Shown piece after piece: positions 16,835-24,180 of a stretch of 24,180 nucleotides of DNA. The notes below the pieces were generated by a model. The model worked only from the letters and a program-made list of their open reading frames with translations, was not told the DNA's origin and did not search any database. How positions within the stretch are numbered: position 1 is the first letter of the stretch; each line of letters starts with the position of its first letter. The translations under genes were made by a program, and so were the position numbers. The stretch is from a bacterium (GTDB lineage Bacteria > Sysuimicrobiota > Sysuimicrobiia > Sysuimicrobiales > Humicultoraceae): contig JBGQGY010000044.1 of the NCBI GenBank assembly GCA_041497675.1, positions 1-24,180 on the forward strand. The letters are read 5' to 3'.

Positions 16835-17805
16835 GCCAACTCTTCATCTGGCCGACCCTCCTGTGGGCGCTGGCGCTCATCCCGGCGCTGATCGCGCTCT
16901 ACATGCGAGCGCTCAAACGCCGGCCGGCGGCCTCAGTGCGGTATCCGAACATGGAATTGCTTGCCGCTGCCGCTGCGCGTGGCAACGCGTTGCGGCGACA
17001 CCTTCCGGCGGGTCTGTTTCTGCTGGCCGTGGCGGCCATCGTGCTGGCCGTCGCGAGACCCGTCGTCTCGCTCCCCGTCCCCGCGGACCGCGCGGGCATC
17101 ATGCTCGCCATTGACGTCAGCGGCAGCATGCGGTCGCAGGATATCCACCCCAACCGGCTGGTCGCCGCCCAGGAAGCCGCCAAGATGTTTCTTAAGACGG
17201 TCCCCAGCAACGTGCCCGTCGGACTCGTGAGCTTCGCCGGTTTTGCCACCCTGCTCGCGCCTCCAACCACCGACCGCAAACGGGTCTTCGATTTGATCGA
17301 CGGCTTCTACTTTGCGCGCCGCACCGCCATCGGTGACGGTTTGCTCGAGGCCATGGCCGCGCTGCCGGGGCGTGCGAAACCGTCGCCCGATGGCACCGCC
17401 CCCCCCAAACCGTCCGGGGGGTGGCCGCCGGGTTTCATCATTCTACTCTCGGACGGCCGCAGCAACGCCGGCATGGATCCGGTCAAAGCGGCGGCGATCG
17501 CGCGAGAGCAGGGGGTTATCGTGTATTCGATCGGTGTGGGGTCCACCGATCCGAACGTCGGCTGGAGGATTGGCGGCACCCTCGACGACGAGGAGCTGCA
17601 GGCGATCGCCAAAGAAACTGGCGGGTTGTATTTCCACGCGAAGTCGGCGGCGGGGCTCCAGAACGTCTACCGGCACCTCGCGCGGACCATCGGATGGGAT
17701 TACCGGCCTGAAGAGGTCACATCGATCGCCGGCATGCTGGCCGCAATGGCGCTGATCGCCGCGGTCGTCATCTCGCGGGCGGCGACGCACCGGGTGGGCA
17801 TATGA
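16831..17805 (+). CDS. BatA-like membrane-anchored vWA domain protein
   Basis: N-terminal WP..LWALALIP and AVARP segments; MIDAS DVSGS, TAIGDG, LLSDG; C-terminal TM helix; GTGA overlap with the upstream gene. Confidence 0.92.
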   Translation: MSQLFIWPTLLWALALIPALIALYMRALKRRPAASVRYPNMELLAAAAARGNALRRHLPAGLFLLAVAAIVLAVARPVVSLPVPADRAGIMLAIDVSGSMRSQDIHPNRLVAAQEAAKMFLKTVPSNVPVGLVSFAGFATLLAPPTTDRKRVFDLIDGFYFARRTAIGDGLLEAMAALPGRAKPSPDGTAPPKPSGGWPPGFIILLSDGRSNAGMDPVKAAAIAREQGVIVYSIGVGSTDPNVGWRIGGTLDDEELQAIAKETGGLYFHAKSAAGLQNVYRHLARTIGWDYRPEEVTSIAGMLAAMALIAAVVISRAATHRVGI

Positions 17806-18779
17806 GGAAGAGCCTCGCCGCGGCCGCGCTGCTGGTCTTCGGTCTACTCGCGCCGCTGGCCGCGGCACAGTCGGGAACGTTTGATGCCCAGGCCATCTAC
17901 CAGCGGGCCGTCGCAGCCGTCGCCACGATCCGCGTCCAGGGGAGAGGCGGGACGAGTATCGGCACCGGGTTTCTGATCGACCGCGGTCTTGTGCTGACCG
18001 CCGCGCATGTGGCCAGGACGGCCGAGTCGATCGTCGTGGAGTTCAACGACACCCAGGTCTCTGACGCCCGGGTGGTGGGCTACGACGCGCGCCGCGACGT
18101 GGCGGTGCTCCGCCTGGTATCGGGCGTGGGTGCCACGCCGCTGGAACTCGTCGACTCCGATTCGGTCCAAACAGGCGACCCGGTGGTCGTCATCGGCACG
18201 CCGCGAGGCATGCCGCGCGTGATGACTACCGGAGAGGTGCGCGCGACCAATGTGACCTTCCCGGGTTTGGTGCCCCGCATCATGATCTTTTTCGACGCGG
18301 GCGTCGCACCAGGCAACTCCGGCGGGCCGCTGCTCAACGCGCAGGGGCAGGTCATCGGCGTGGTGGTCGCCGGCACCACCCGCGGAGACGGGGGCGGGTT
18401 GGCCGTCTCTGGCTCGACGGTCAAGAACGCGCTCCCTGTCATCACGGGCGGTACTCGCGTCGAGCGCGCCTGGATGGGGATTACGGGAACCGGCCTGACC
18501 GCGGACCTGGCCAGACAACGGCGGCTGACCGTCGATCACGGTATCCTCGTCCTCGAGATCCTGCCCGGCGGGCCGGCCGATTTCGCCGGGCTCCGTGGGG
18601 CCGTGAGCGAGGGACCACCCGGCGACGTGATCACCACGATCAACAGCGAGCCCATCGATGACTGGGAAGACCTGTTGAACTTCCTCGCGACCCGCGAACC
18701 CGGACAGCGGTTGCGGTTGGGCATCGTCCGGGGATCGGACCGCTATTCGGTGACGCTCGTCCTCGGCGCCCGTCCCTAA
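17802..18779 (+). CDS. HtrA/DegP-like trypsin serine protease (S1C) with one PDZ domain
   Basis: Signal peptide; catalytic triad TAAH, RRDVAVL, PGNSGG; PDZ WMGI..GGPA..GDVI. Confidence 0.93.
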   Translation: MRKSLAAAALLVFGLLAPLAAAQSGTFDAQAIYQRAVAAVATIRVQGRGGTSIGTGFLIDRGLVLTAAHVARTAESIVVEFNDTQVSDARVVGYDARRDVAVLRLVSGVGATPLELVDSDSVQTGDPVVVIGTPRGMPRVMTTGEVRATNVTFPGLVPRIMIFFDAGVAPGNSGGPLLNAQGQVIGVVVAGTTRGDGGGLAVSGSTVKNALPVITGGTRVERAWMGITGTGLTADLARQRRLTVDHGILVLEILPGGPADFAGLRGAVSEGPPGDVITTINSEPIDDWEDLLNFLATREPGQRLRLGIVRGSDRYSVTLVLGARP

Positions 18780-18793
18780 CGTCGCAGTCCCAC

Positions 18794-19819
18794 GTGCCTC
18801 GCGTCCGCGATTTCTTCGACACGGGTATCCTCCCCGCGGGCCCACTGAACGCGATCACCGACGTCGCCGGCGTACGGGTGGGGCACGCGTCGATCCGCCG
18901 GGGGAGTCTCCACACCGGTGTCACGGCGGTGTTGCCCCACGAGCGCAACCTGTACCGCGACAAGGTCACCGCGTCGACCGCGGTCCTCAACGGCTACGGA
19001 AAATCCATCGGCATGATGCAGATCGACGAACTCGGAACTGTTGAAACGCCGATCCTGGTGACGAGCACGCTGAACGTCCCACGCGCCGCCGATGCGCTCA
19101 TCAGCTACATGCTCGATGCCGACCCCGACATCGGCGTGCGCGAGACGGTTAACCCCGTGGTCCTGGAGTGCTTCGACGGCTATCTCAGCGACGCCCGAGC
19201 CCGGCCCATCGGCGATGCCGAGGTGCGTGAGGCGATCGGCACGGCGCGCGCCGGGCCCGTTGAGGTGGGATGCGTCGGCGCCGGCGTTGGCATGCGCTGT
19301 CTCGGGTACAAGTCCGGTATCGGCACGGCCTCGCGAATACTCGCCGACACCGGCTATCGGTTGGGTCTGCTGGTCGTGCCCAACTTCGGCTTTGCCGGCG
19401 ACCTGATTGTTGCCGGCGTCCCCGTGGGGCGCGAACTGACGGCGGCGGGCCAGCCCCCTGAGCGGGGGTCGTGCATCTTCGTCGTCGCCACGGATGCGCC
19501 GCTCCCTGCTCTGGATCTGCGGCGCGTCGCCTCGCGCTGCTTTCTGGGCATGGCGCGCACCGGCGCCGTCAGCGGGCAGACGAGCGGTGATCTCGTGATC
19601 GCCTTCACGACGAGCGCGCAGCAATCGCGGCCGGGGCGCGACCTGATGAACCTGTTGTTCCGCGCGACGGTCGAAACGGCCGAAGAGGCCATCTTCGACG
19701 CGCTGTTTGCCGCGGAGACGACTTCAGGGCGAGATGGTCACGTGATGCCCGCACTCCCGGTGGAGCACACGTTGGCGCTGCTCGGCCGTCACGGCGTGCC
19801 GCTCAAGCGCACCTCGTGA
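18794..19819 (+). CDS. DmpA-like P1 (S58) aminopeptidase
   Basis: NAITDVAGVRVGH, NGYGKSIG, VGAGVGM, GIGTASR, autoproteolysis site GS (RGSCIFVVATDAP), SGD. Confidence 0.92.
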   Translation: MPRVRDFFDTGILPAGPLNAITDVAGVRVGHASIRRGSLHTGVTAVLPHERNLYRDKVTASTAVLNGYGKSIGMMQIDELGTVETPILVTSTLNVPRAADALISYMLDADPDIGVRETVNPVVLECFDGYLSDARARPIGDAEVREAIGTARAGPVEVGCVGAGVGMRCLGYKSGIGTASRILADTGYRLGLLVVPNFGFAGDLIVAGVPVGRELTAAGQPPERGSCIFVVATDAPLPALDLRRVASRCFLGMARTGAVSGQTSGDLVIAFTTSAQQSRPGRDLMNLLFRATVETAEEAIFDALFAAETTSGRDGHVMPALPVEHTLALLGRHGVPLKRTS

Positions 19820-20595
19820 TAGTACCAGCACCAGTGTGAGAGACGGCACCGCTGACACAGAGGCACGTCGTCGCAGATGGCCTCGCGCAACTCGTAGCCG
19901 CTGCCATGTCTCGTGAGCAGGCGGTTCACCTCATCAACCCGGCTACCTGGATTCGCGGCGACAATCCGCGCGTGCGCCTGTCCGACCTCGTCATCTGTCG
20001 CGCGCCGGCTACTGATCATCCCCAGCCGGTACAAGACGCGCAGGGTGTCCGGATAGGAAAAGAAGACGTCGTGCCCGACACGCCGCAGGAAGGTGCGGGC
20101 ACCGTAGGGCCCCACGTGGGTGAACCGCTGCCGTAGGTCGGTGTAGAGCCGCCCCTGCTCGTCGAGCCCAAACCCGCGCAGGTAACGACCGAACGACCCT
20201 GATTCTCTCCGGACTTCCAGCATTGCCCGCGCATTGTGAATGGTGGCCTCGATCTTGGCGCGATACCGGATGATGCCCTTGTCGTTCACCAACCGCCTGA
20301 CGTCGCGGCGGCCGAACGCCGCCACCGCCGGCACCGAGAATCCCGCGAAGGCCCGGCGGAAGTTCGCCCACTTGTGATCCACCACCGCGCCGTTGATCCC
20401 GGCCTTGAAGACGGTCCAGGTCATGTGGGCGAAATACGCGTCGTCACCACGCGGCCGGCGGCCGCGCCTGATGTCCAGGACGTGTCGCAGGCCGGCGCGC
20501 CCGGCGAGCTCCTCGATCTGATCGCGCAGGTTCAGGTAGAGATCCTGCAGATCGCCGGCTGTGCGCGCCCCATCAATGGTGGTCATCACGCTCAT
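19789..20595 (-). CDS. DNA-3-methyladenine glycosylase I (Tag)-like HhH protein with a C-terminal FCL-like Cys cluster
   Basis: VFKAGIN..KW..FRRAFAGF..GIIRYRAKIEATIHNA, FTHVGP; C-terminal CDDVPLCQRCRLSHWC. Confidence 0.8.
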   Translation of the reverse strand: MSVMTTIDGARTAGDLQDLYLNLRDQIEELAGRAGLRHVLDIRRGRRPRGDDAYFAHMTWTVFKAGINGAVVDHKWANFRRAFAGFSVPAVAAFGRRDVRRLVNDKGIIRYRAKIEATIHNARAMLEVRRESGSFGRYLRGFGLDEQGRLYTDLRQRFTHVGPYGARTFLRRVGHDVFFSYPDTLRVLYRLGMISSRRATDDEVGQAHARIVAANPGSRVDEVNRLLTRHGSGYELREAICDDVPLCQRCRLSHWCWYYHEVRLSGTP

Positions 20596-20604
20596 GCGGG
20601 GCGC

Positions 20605-21480
20605 CTAGCCGCGGGGCCGCAGCCGGTCGGTCAGCCCGTCGCCCAGCAGGTTGAACGCGATGCCCACCCACAGCAGGGCGACGCCGGGGAAGATGACCAT
20701 CGCCGGGAAGGTCAGCAGGAAATCACGCCCCTCGGCGATCATCAGACCCCACTCCGGCGTCGGCGGCTGCACGCCCAACCCCAGGAAACTCAGCGCGCCC
20801 CCGAGCAGGATGTTCAGCACGACATCCGACATCGCGAAGATGACGACCACGGTCATCACGTTGGGCAGCAGATGCCCGCGGATCACCCGCAGGTCCGAGG
20901 CGCCCACCGCGCGGGCCGCCTGGATGTATTCGAAGTTCTTCGCCACCAGGATCTCGCCGCGGATGACACGCGCATACGCCACCCATCCGGCCAGGATCAT
21001 CGCGACGTACATGTTCCTCAGGCCCGGGCCGAGCATGGCGACGATCGCGATCACCAGCACGTAGAAGGGGAAGGACATCGAAATGTCCACGATCCGCATC
21101 AAGATGCCGTCGATCATGCGCCCGTAATACCCACCCGCCGTGCCGATTGCCACCCCGAGCACCAGTGTGATGATCGTCGGCACCGTGCCGATTTGGAGAT
21201 CGACGCGCGCCCCATAGAGGAGCCGGGCCAGAATGTCACGGCCAAAGTTGTCCGTGCCGAGTGGATGTGCCGTCGAAGACGCCTGAAGACTGTTTTCGAG
21301 ATCGATCTTCGTCGGATCGTAGGGCGTCAACAACGGGGCCAGCAGCGCCACCGCAATGACCGTCCCCACCATGATCGATCCAATCCAAGCCACCAGGGGC
21401 ACGGGCGGCCGCCGCAGGGCTGCCGGGCGCCACACGACCGCGGCGGGCGAAACCGGCGTCGCCTCAATCGTATCGGACAC
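20605..21480 (-). CDS. Peptide/nickel ABC permease, OppC/DppC type
   Basis: HPLGTDNFGRD, EYIQAARAVGA, LSFLGLG..PEWG. Start at GTG 21480 or TTG 21489. Confidence 0.93.
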   Translation of the reverse strand: MSDTIEATPVSPAAVVWRPAALRRPPVPLVAWIGSIMVGTVIAVALLAPLLTPYDPTKIDLENSLQASSTAHPLGTDNFGRDILARLLYGARVDLQIGTVPTIITLVLGVAIGTAGGYYGRMIDGILMRIVDISMSFPFYVLVIAIVAMLGPGLRNMYVAMILAGWVAYARVIRGEILVAKNFEYIQAARAVGASDLRVIRGHLLPNVMTVVVIFAMSDVVLNILLGGALSFLGLGVQPPTPEWGLMIAEGRDFLLTFPAMVIFPGVALLWVGIAFNLLGDGLTDRLRPRG

Positions 21481-22399
21481 GGGGGTCAAGGAGCGCGTAG
21501 GTGACGTCGGTCATCAAGTTGACGAGAATGACCAGAATCGCAAACGTCAGGGTCAAACCCTGCACCACCGGGTAGTCGCGGCTGAACGTCGACTTGATCA
21601 GGAGAAAACCGGTACCGGGGATAGCGTAGACCGTCTCCGTGACGACCGCGCCCCCCACCAAAAACCCGAGGTACACGCCCAGGATCGACACCGTCGAGAT
21701 GAATGAGTTGCGCAGCACGTGACGCCAAAACACCGTGAGGGCCCGCAGCCCTTTGGCGTGCGCCGTGCGGACGTACTCGGTCTGCATCACTTCGAGGATG
21801 TTGTGCCGCAGCGTACGCACCAGGATCGGCGACAGCGAGATGGCAATGGTCATCGCGGGCAGGAAGAGGTGGCGGAGGTGCTCGGTGAATGTGTCGCCAT
21901 ACCCGCCGACGGGGAAGAGACGCAGTTTGATGCTGAAGAATAGGAGAAACACAATCGCCGCCCAGTAGTTGGGTGTTGCAAGCGATATCAGGACACCCAG
22001 GCGGATTATCTGGTCGACGGGGCGGCCCTTTCGCAGCGCTGCCAGCGTCCCCAGGGGCACGGCGACCACCGCGGCGAGCACAATAGCATACGCCGCCAGA
22101 AACAGCGTGACCGGCAGGCGCCCCAAAATGATGGGGAGGGCCGGCGTGCGGTACACCATCGAATCGCCCAGCCGGCCGGTCGCGATGTTCTTGAGGAAGA
22201 GCAGGTATTGGACGAAGAGTGGCCGGTCAAGACCGAGCTGGTGCTGGAGGCGCGCGACGTTTTCCGCCGTTGCACGATTGTCGAGCATGATGACTGCCGG
22301 ATCGCCGGGGATGAGCCGCAGCAGGAAGAAGGTGACGATGGTGATCCCCAGCGCCACCGGCAGGAGGAGCAGGACCCGCCGCGCGAGATAGCGTCCCAT
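21464..22399 (-). CDS. Peptide/nickel ABC permease, OppB/DppB type
   Basis: YLARR, IPGDP, LGLDRP, YVRTAHAKGL, RDYPVVQG, DPRVR. Confidence 0.93.
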   Translation of the reverse strand: MGRYLARRVLLLLPVALGITIVTFFLLRLIPGDPAVIMLDNRATAENVARLQHQLGLDRPLFVQYLLFLKNIATGRLGDSMVYRTPALPIILGRLPVTLFLAAYAIVLAAVVAVPLGTLAALRKGRPVDQIIRLGVLISLATPNYWAAIVFLLFFSIKLRLFPVGGYGDTFTEHLRHLFLPAMTIAISLSPILVRTLRHNILEVMQTEYVRTAHAKGLRALTVFWRHVLRNSFISTVSILGVYLGFLVGGAVVTETVYAIPGTGFLLIKSTFSRDYPVVQGLTLTFAILVILVNLMTDVTYALLDPRVRYD

Positions 22400-22410
22400 T
22401 GAGGAGCCAG

Positions 22411-22439
22411 GTGGGGCCGGCGCGTGCCGCCGGCCCCAC
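22411..22439. other. Intercistronic 12-bp GC hairpin between the SBP and permease genes (probable mRNA stabiliser/attenuator)
   Basis: GTGGGGCCGGCG-CGTGC-CGCCGGCCCCAC, no T tract. Confidence 0.55.
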
Positions 22440-22448
22440 ACGTGCCCG

Positions 22449-23993
22449 CTACTTCGAGACCCAGGTCTCCCAGAGGCGGTAGTTCGCCGTCTGCAGCTGC
22501 TTGAAGTCGTGCACGTGGTCCCACATGGCCGTCCGGTTGGCCGCGTAGTAGAGCGGGATCACCGGGGCCTGATCGTAGGCGACCTTCTGGATCTCAAGGA
22601 TCATGGCCTTGCGCTTCGCGGCATTCATCTCAGTCGCCGCCGCTTCGGCCAGCTTGCTGATCCGCTCGTTCTTGAAGCTGATCCACTTCGCAACGGCGCC
22701 GCCGGCGTAGTCGATGCCGAACGCGATCAACTCGTCGGGGTCGACCACATCGCTCGTGTAGTAGCCTTTGATCATCTGGAAGTCCCCGGATTTGCGCCGG
22801 GCACGAACGGCGCCCACGTCGAGCACGGTGACCTTGAGGTCAACGCCAACGGCCTTGAACTCATCCTTCATGATGGTGGCAATCTGGCTCGCCTGGTTGT
22901 CACCCGACACGATCAGGATCTCGGTTGAGAGCCCATTGCCATAGCCGGCTTCCTTGAGGAGGGCCTTCGCCCGAGCCGCATCGAGAGGATAAGGCTTCAA
23001 CTGATCGTTCCAATAGAGCATCGGCGGCAGCATGCTGGTCGCCACCTGCCCGTACCCAAAGAGGACCGACTTCAGGATCGCCTGGCGGTTCACGACATAG
23101 TTGAGGGCGCGGCGCACCCGCAGGTCGTCGAACGGCTTCTTCGCATGGTTGACGTAGACATAGTCGAACCGCATCTGGGGAAAGAGCGCCACCGAGAGGC
23201 CCTTGGTCTTCTTCAGCGCTTCCACCTGATTGGGCGGCACGTTGGTCGCGATGTCCAGTTCCCCGCTGCGCAGCTTGAGCATCCGGGTGTTATCGTCCGT
23301 CAAGACATCGAAGCGCAATTCGTCGACGTACGGGAAGGGCTTCTGCCAGTAGTTGGGGTTGCGCTTCAGGGTCAGGTGATCGTTCTTCACCCACTCGGTG
23401 AGGACGTAGGGGCCGCTCCCAATCGGGTGTTCCCAGAAATCCTTCCCGCCGGCGGTCGTCTGCTTCTCAGGGGTGATCGACGCGACGTAGAGAGAGACGT
23501 AGGCGAGGAAGGACGCCCACGGCTTCTTCAAAGTGACCACCAGCGTATGGTCGTCGGGCGCCGTAATGCTGTCCACGAGGGTGAAGGAGTCTCCAAAAAT
23601 CGAGTCTTTTGAAATCGCCCGCTGCATCGAGAACTTCGCGTCGCCGGCCGTGAGCGGCGTCCCATCGGAGAACTTGATCCCGTCGCGAATGTGGAACGTC
23701 CACGTCTTGCCATCCGCGCTGGTCTTCCAGCTGTCCGCCGCATCGGGCTCGACGCTGAGGCCGTCTTTCCCGACGCGGACGAGCTGATCGTAGATGTGGA
23801 GCATCGTCCAGATGGACATGTTGTCCGGCGGGACGATCGGGTCCAGGCTGGTGACGTCGCTGTCCGCGAGGCTCATGCGAATCTTGCCCCCGGACTTGGG
23901 AGCCGAGATGCTGGGCGTCGCAGTCAGCGACACGAGGACGGCGAGCAGACACACGGCGATCAACAGCCGGTGAGACCTACTCCCACAGGTCAT
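22449..23993 (-). CDS. Family 5 ABC substrate-binding protein (OppA/DppA-like)
   Basis: Signal peptide; SLDP, KFSDGTPLTA, PIGSGPY, RNPNYW, PFDDLRVRRAL. Confidence 0.95.
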   Translation of the reverse strand: MTCGSRSHRLLIAVCLLAVLVSLTATPSISAPKSGGKIRMSLADSDVTSLDPIVPPDNMSIWTMLHIYDQLVRVGKDGLSVEPDAADSWKTSADGKTWTFHIRDGIKFSDGTPLTAGDAKFSMQRAISKDSIFGDSFTLVDSITAPDDHTLVVTLKKPWASFLAYVSLYVASITPEKQTTAGGKDFWEHPIGSGPYVLTEWVKNDHLTLKRNPNYWQKPFPYVDELRFDVLTDDNTRMLKLRSGELDIATNVPPNQVEALKKTKGLSVALFPQMRFDYVYVNHAKKPFDDLRVRRALNYVVNRQAILKSVLFGYGQVATSMLPPMLYWNDQLKPYPLDAARAKALLKEAGYGNGLSTEILIVSGDNQASQIATIMKDEFKAVGVDLKVTVLDVGAVRARRKSGDFQMIKGYYTSDVVDPDELIAFGIDYAGGAVAKWISFKNERISKLAEAAATEMNAAKRKAMILEIQKVAYDQAPVIPLYYAANRTAMWDHVHDFKQLQTANYRLWETWVSK

Positions 23994-24060
23994 GCGTTAT
24001 CCCTCCAGTCTCGAGCGGTGATGAGGCGGGGTTCTGGGAGGCGATGACGAAGTCCTTCGC

Positions 24061-24088
24061 TAGACACCTCGACGGGCTCGGATATAAT
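24061..24088 (+). promoter_or_regulatory. Sigma70 promoter for tRNA-Lys
   Basis: TAGACA-16 bp-TATAAT. Confidence 0.7.
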
Positions 24089-24104
24089 AGTGGACGGTTA
24101 CCGT

Positions 24105-24180
24105 GGGCCGTTAGCTCAACTGGTAGAGCAGCTGACTCTTAATCAGCTGGTTCCGGGTTCGAGTCCCGGACGGCCCCCCA
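24105..24180 (+). tRNA. tRNA-Lys (anticodon CTT)
   Basis: Acceptor GGGCCGT/ACGGCCC, anticodon arm GCTGA-CTCTTAA-TCAGC, T arm CCGGG-TTCGAGT-CCCGG, ends C-CCA; 76 nt. Confidence 0.96.

Noticed and set aside
163..24180. tRNA-bounded genomic island or prophage
   Set aside because: No integrase, transposase or phage genes and no duplicated tRNA 3' end seen; the composition looks uniform.

Overview
GC-rich bacterial chromosomal segment bounded by tRNA-Arg(TCG) and tRNA-Lys(CTT). I see no integrase, transposase, att duplication or CRISPR array. In order, it encodes: a class III adenylate cyclase-STAND ATPase-TPR protein; a ClpN plus ribbon-helix-helix-like protein with an AT-rich operator-like repeat array upstream; a ThDP enzyme; a block of unknown, mostly exported proteins, including a 749-aa protein with a LecB/PA-IIL-like N-terminus behind a c-di-GMP-I riboswitch and a tandem paralog pair; a divergent NHEJ locus (ligD versus ku coupled to a MerR-like HTH-TPR gene, with a direct repeat between them); a Vgb-like propeller-vWA-HtrA-DmpA operon; and a peptide ABC operon with no ATPase genes that ends in a Tag-like glycosylase carrying an FCL-type Cys cluster. 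The best candidates for undescribed systems are the riboswitch-controlled lectin-like protein, the ku-coupled HTH-TPR factor with its repeat, and the ClpN-RHH autoregulator. All calls come from reading motifs by eye; no searches were run.
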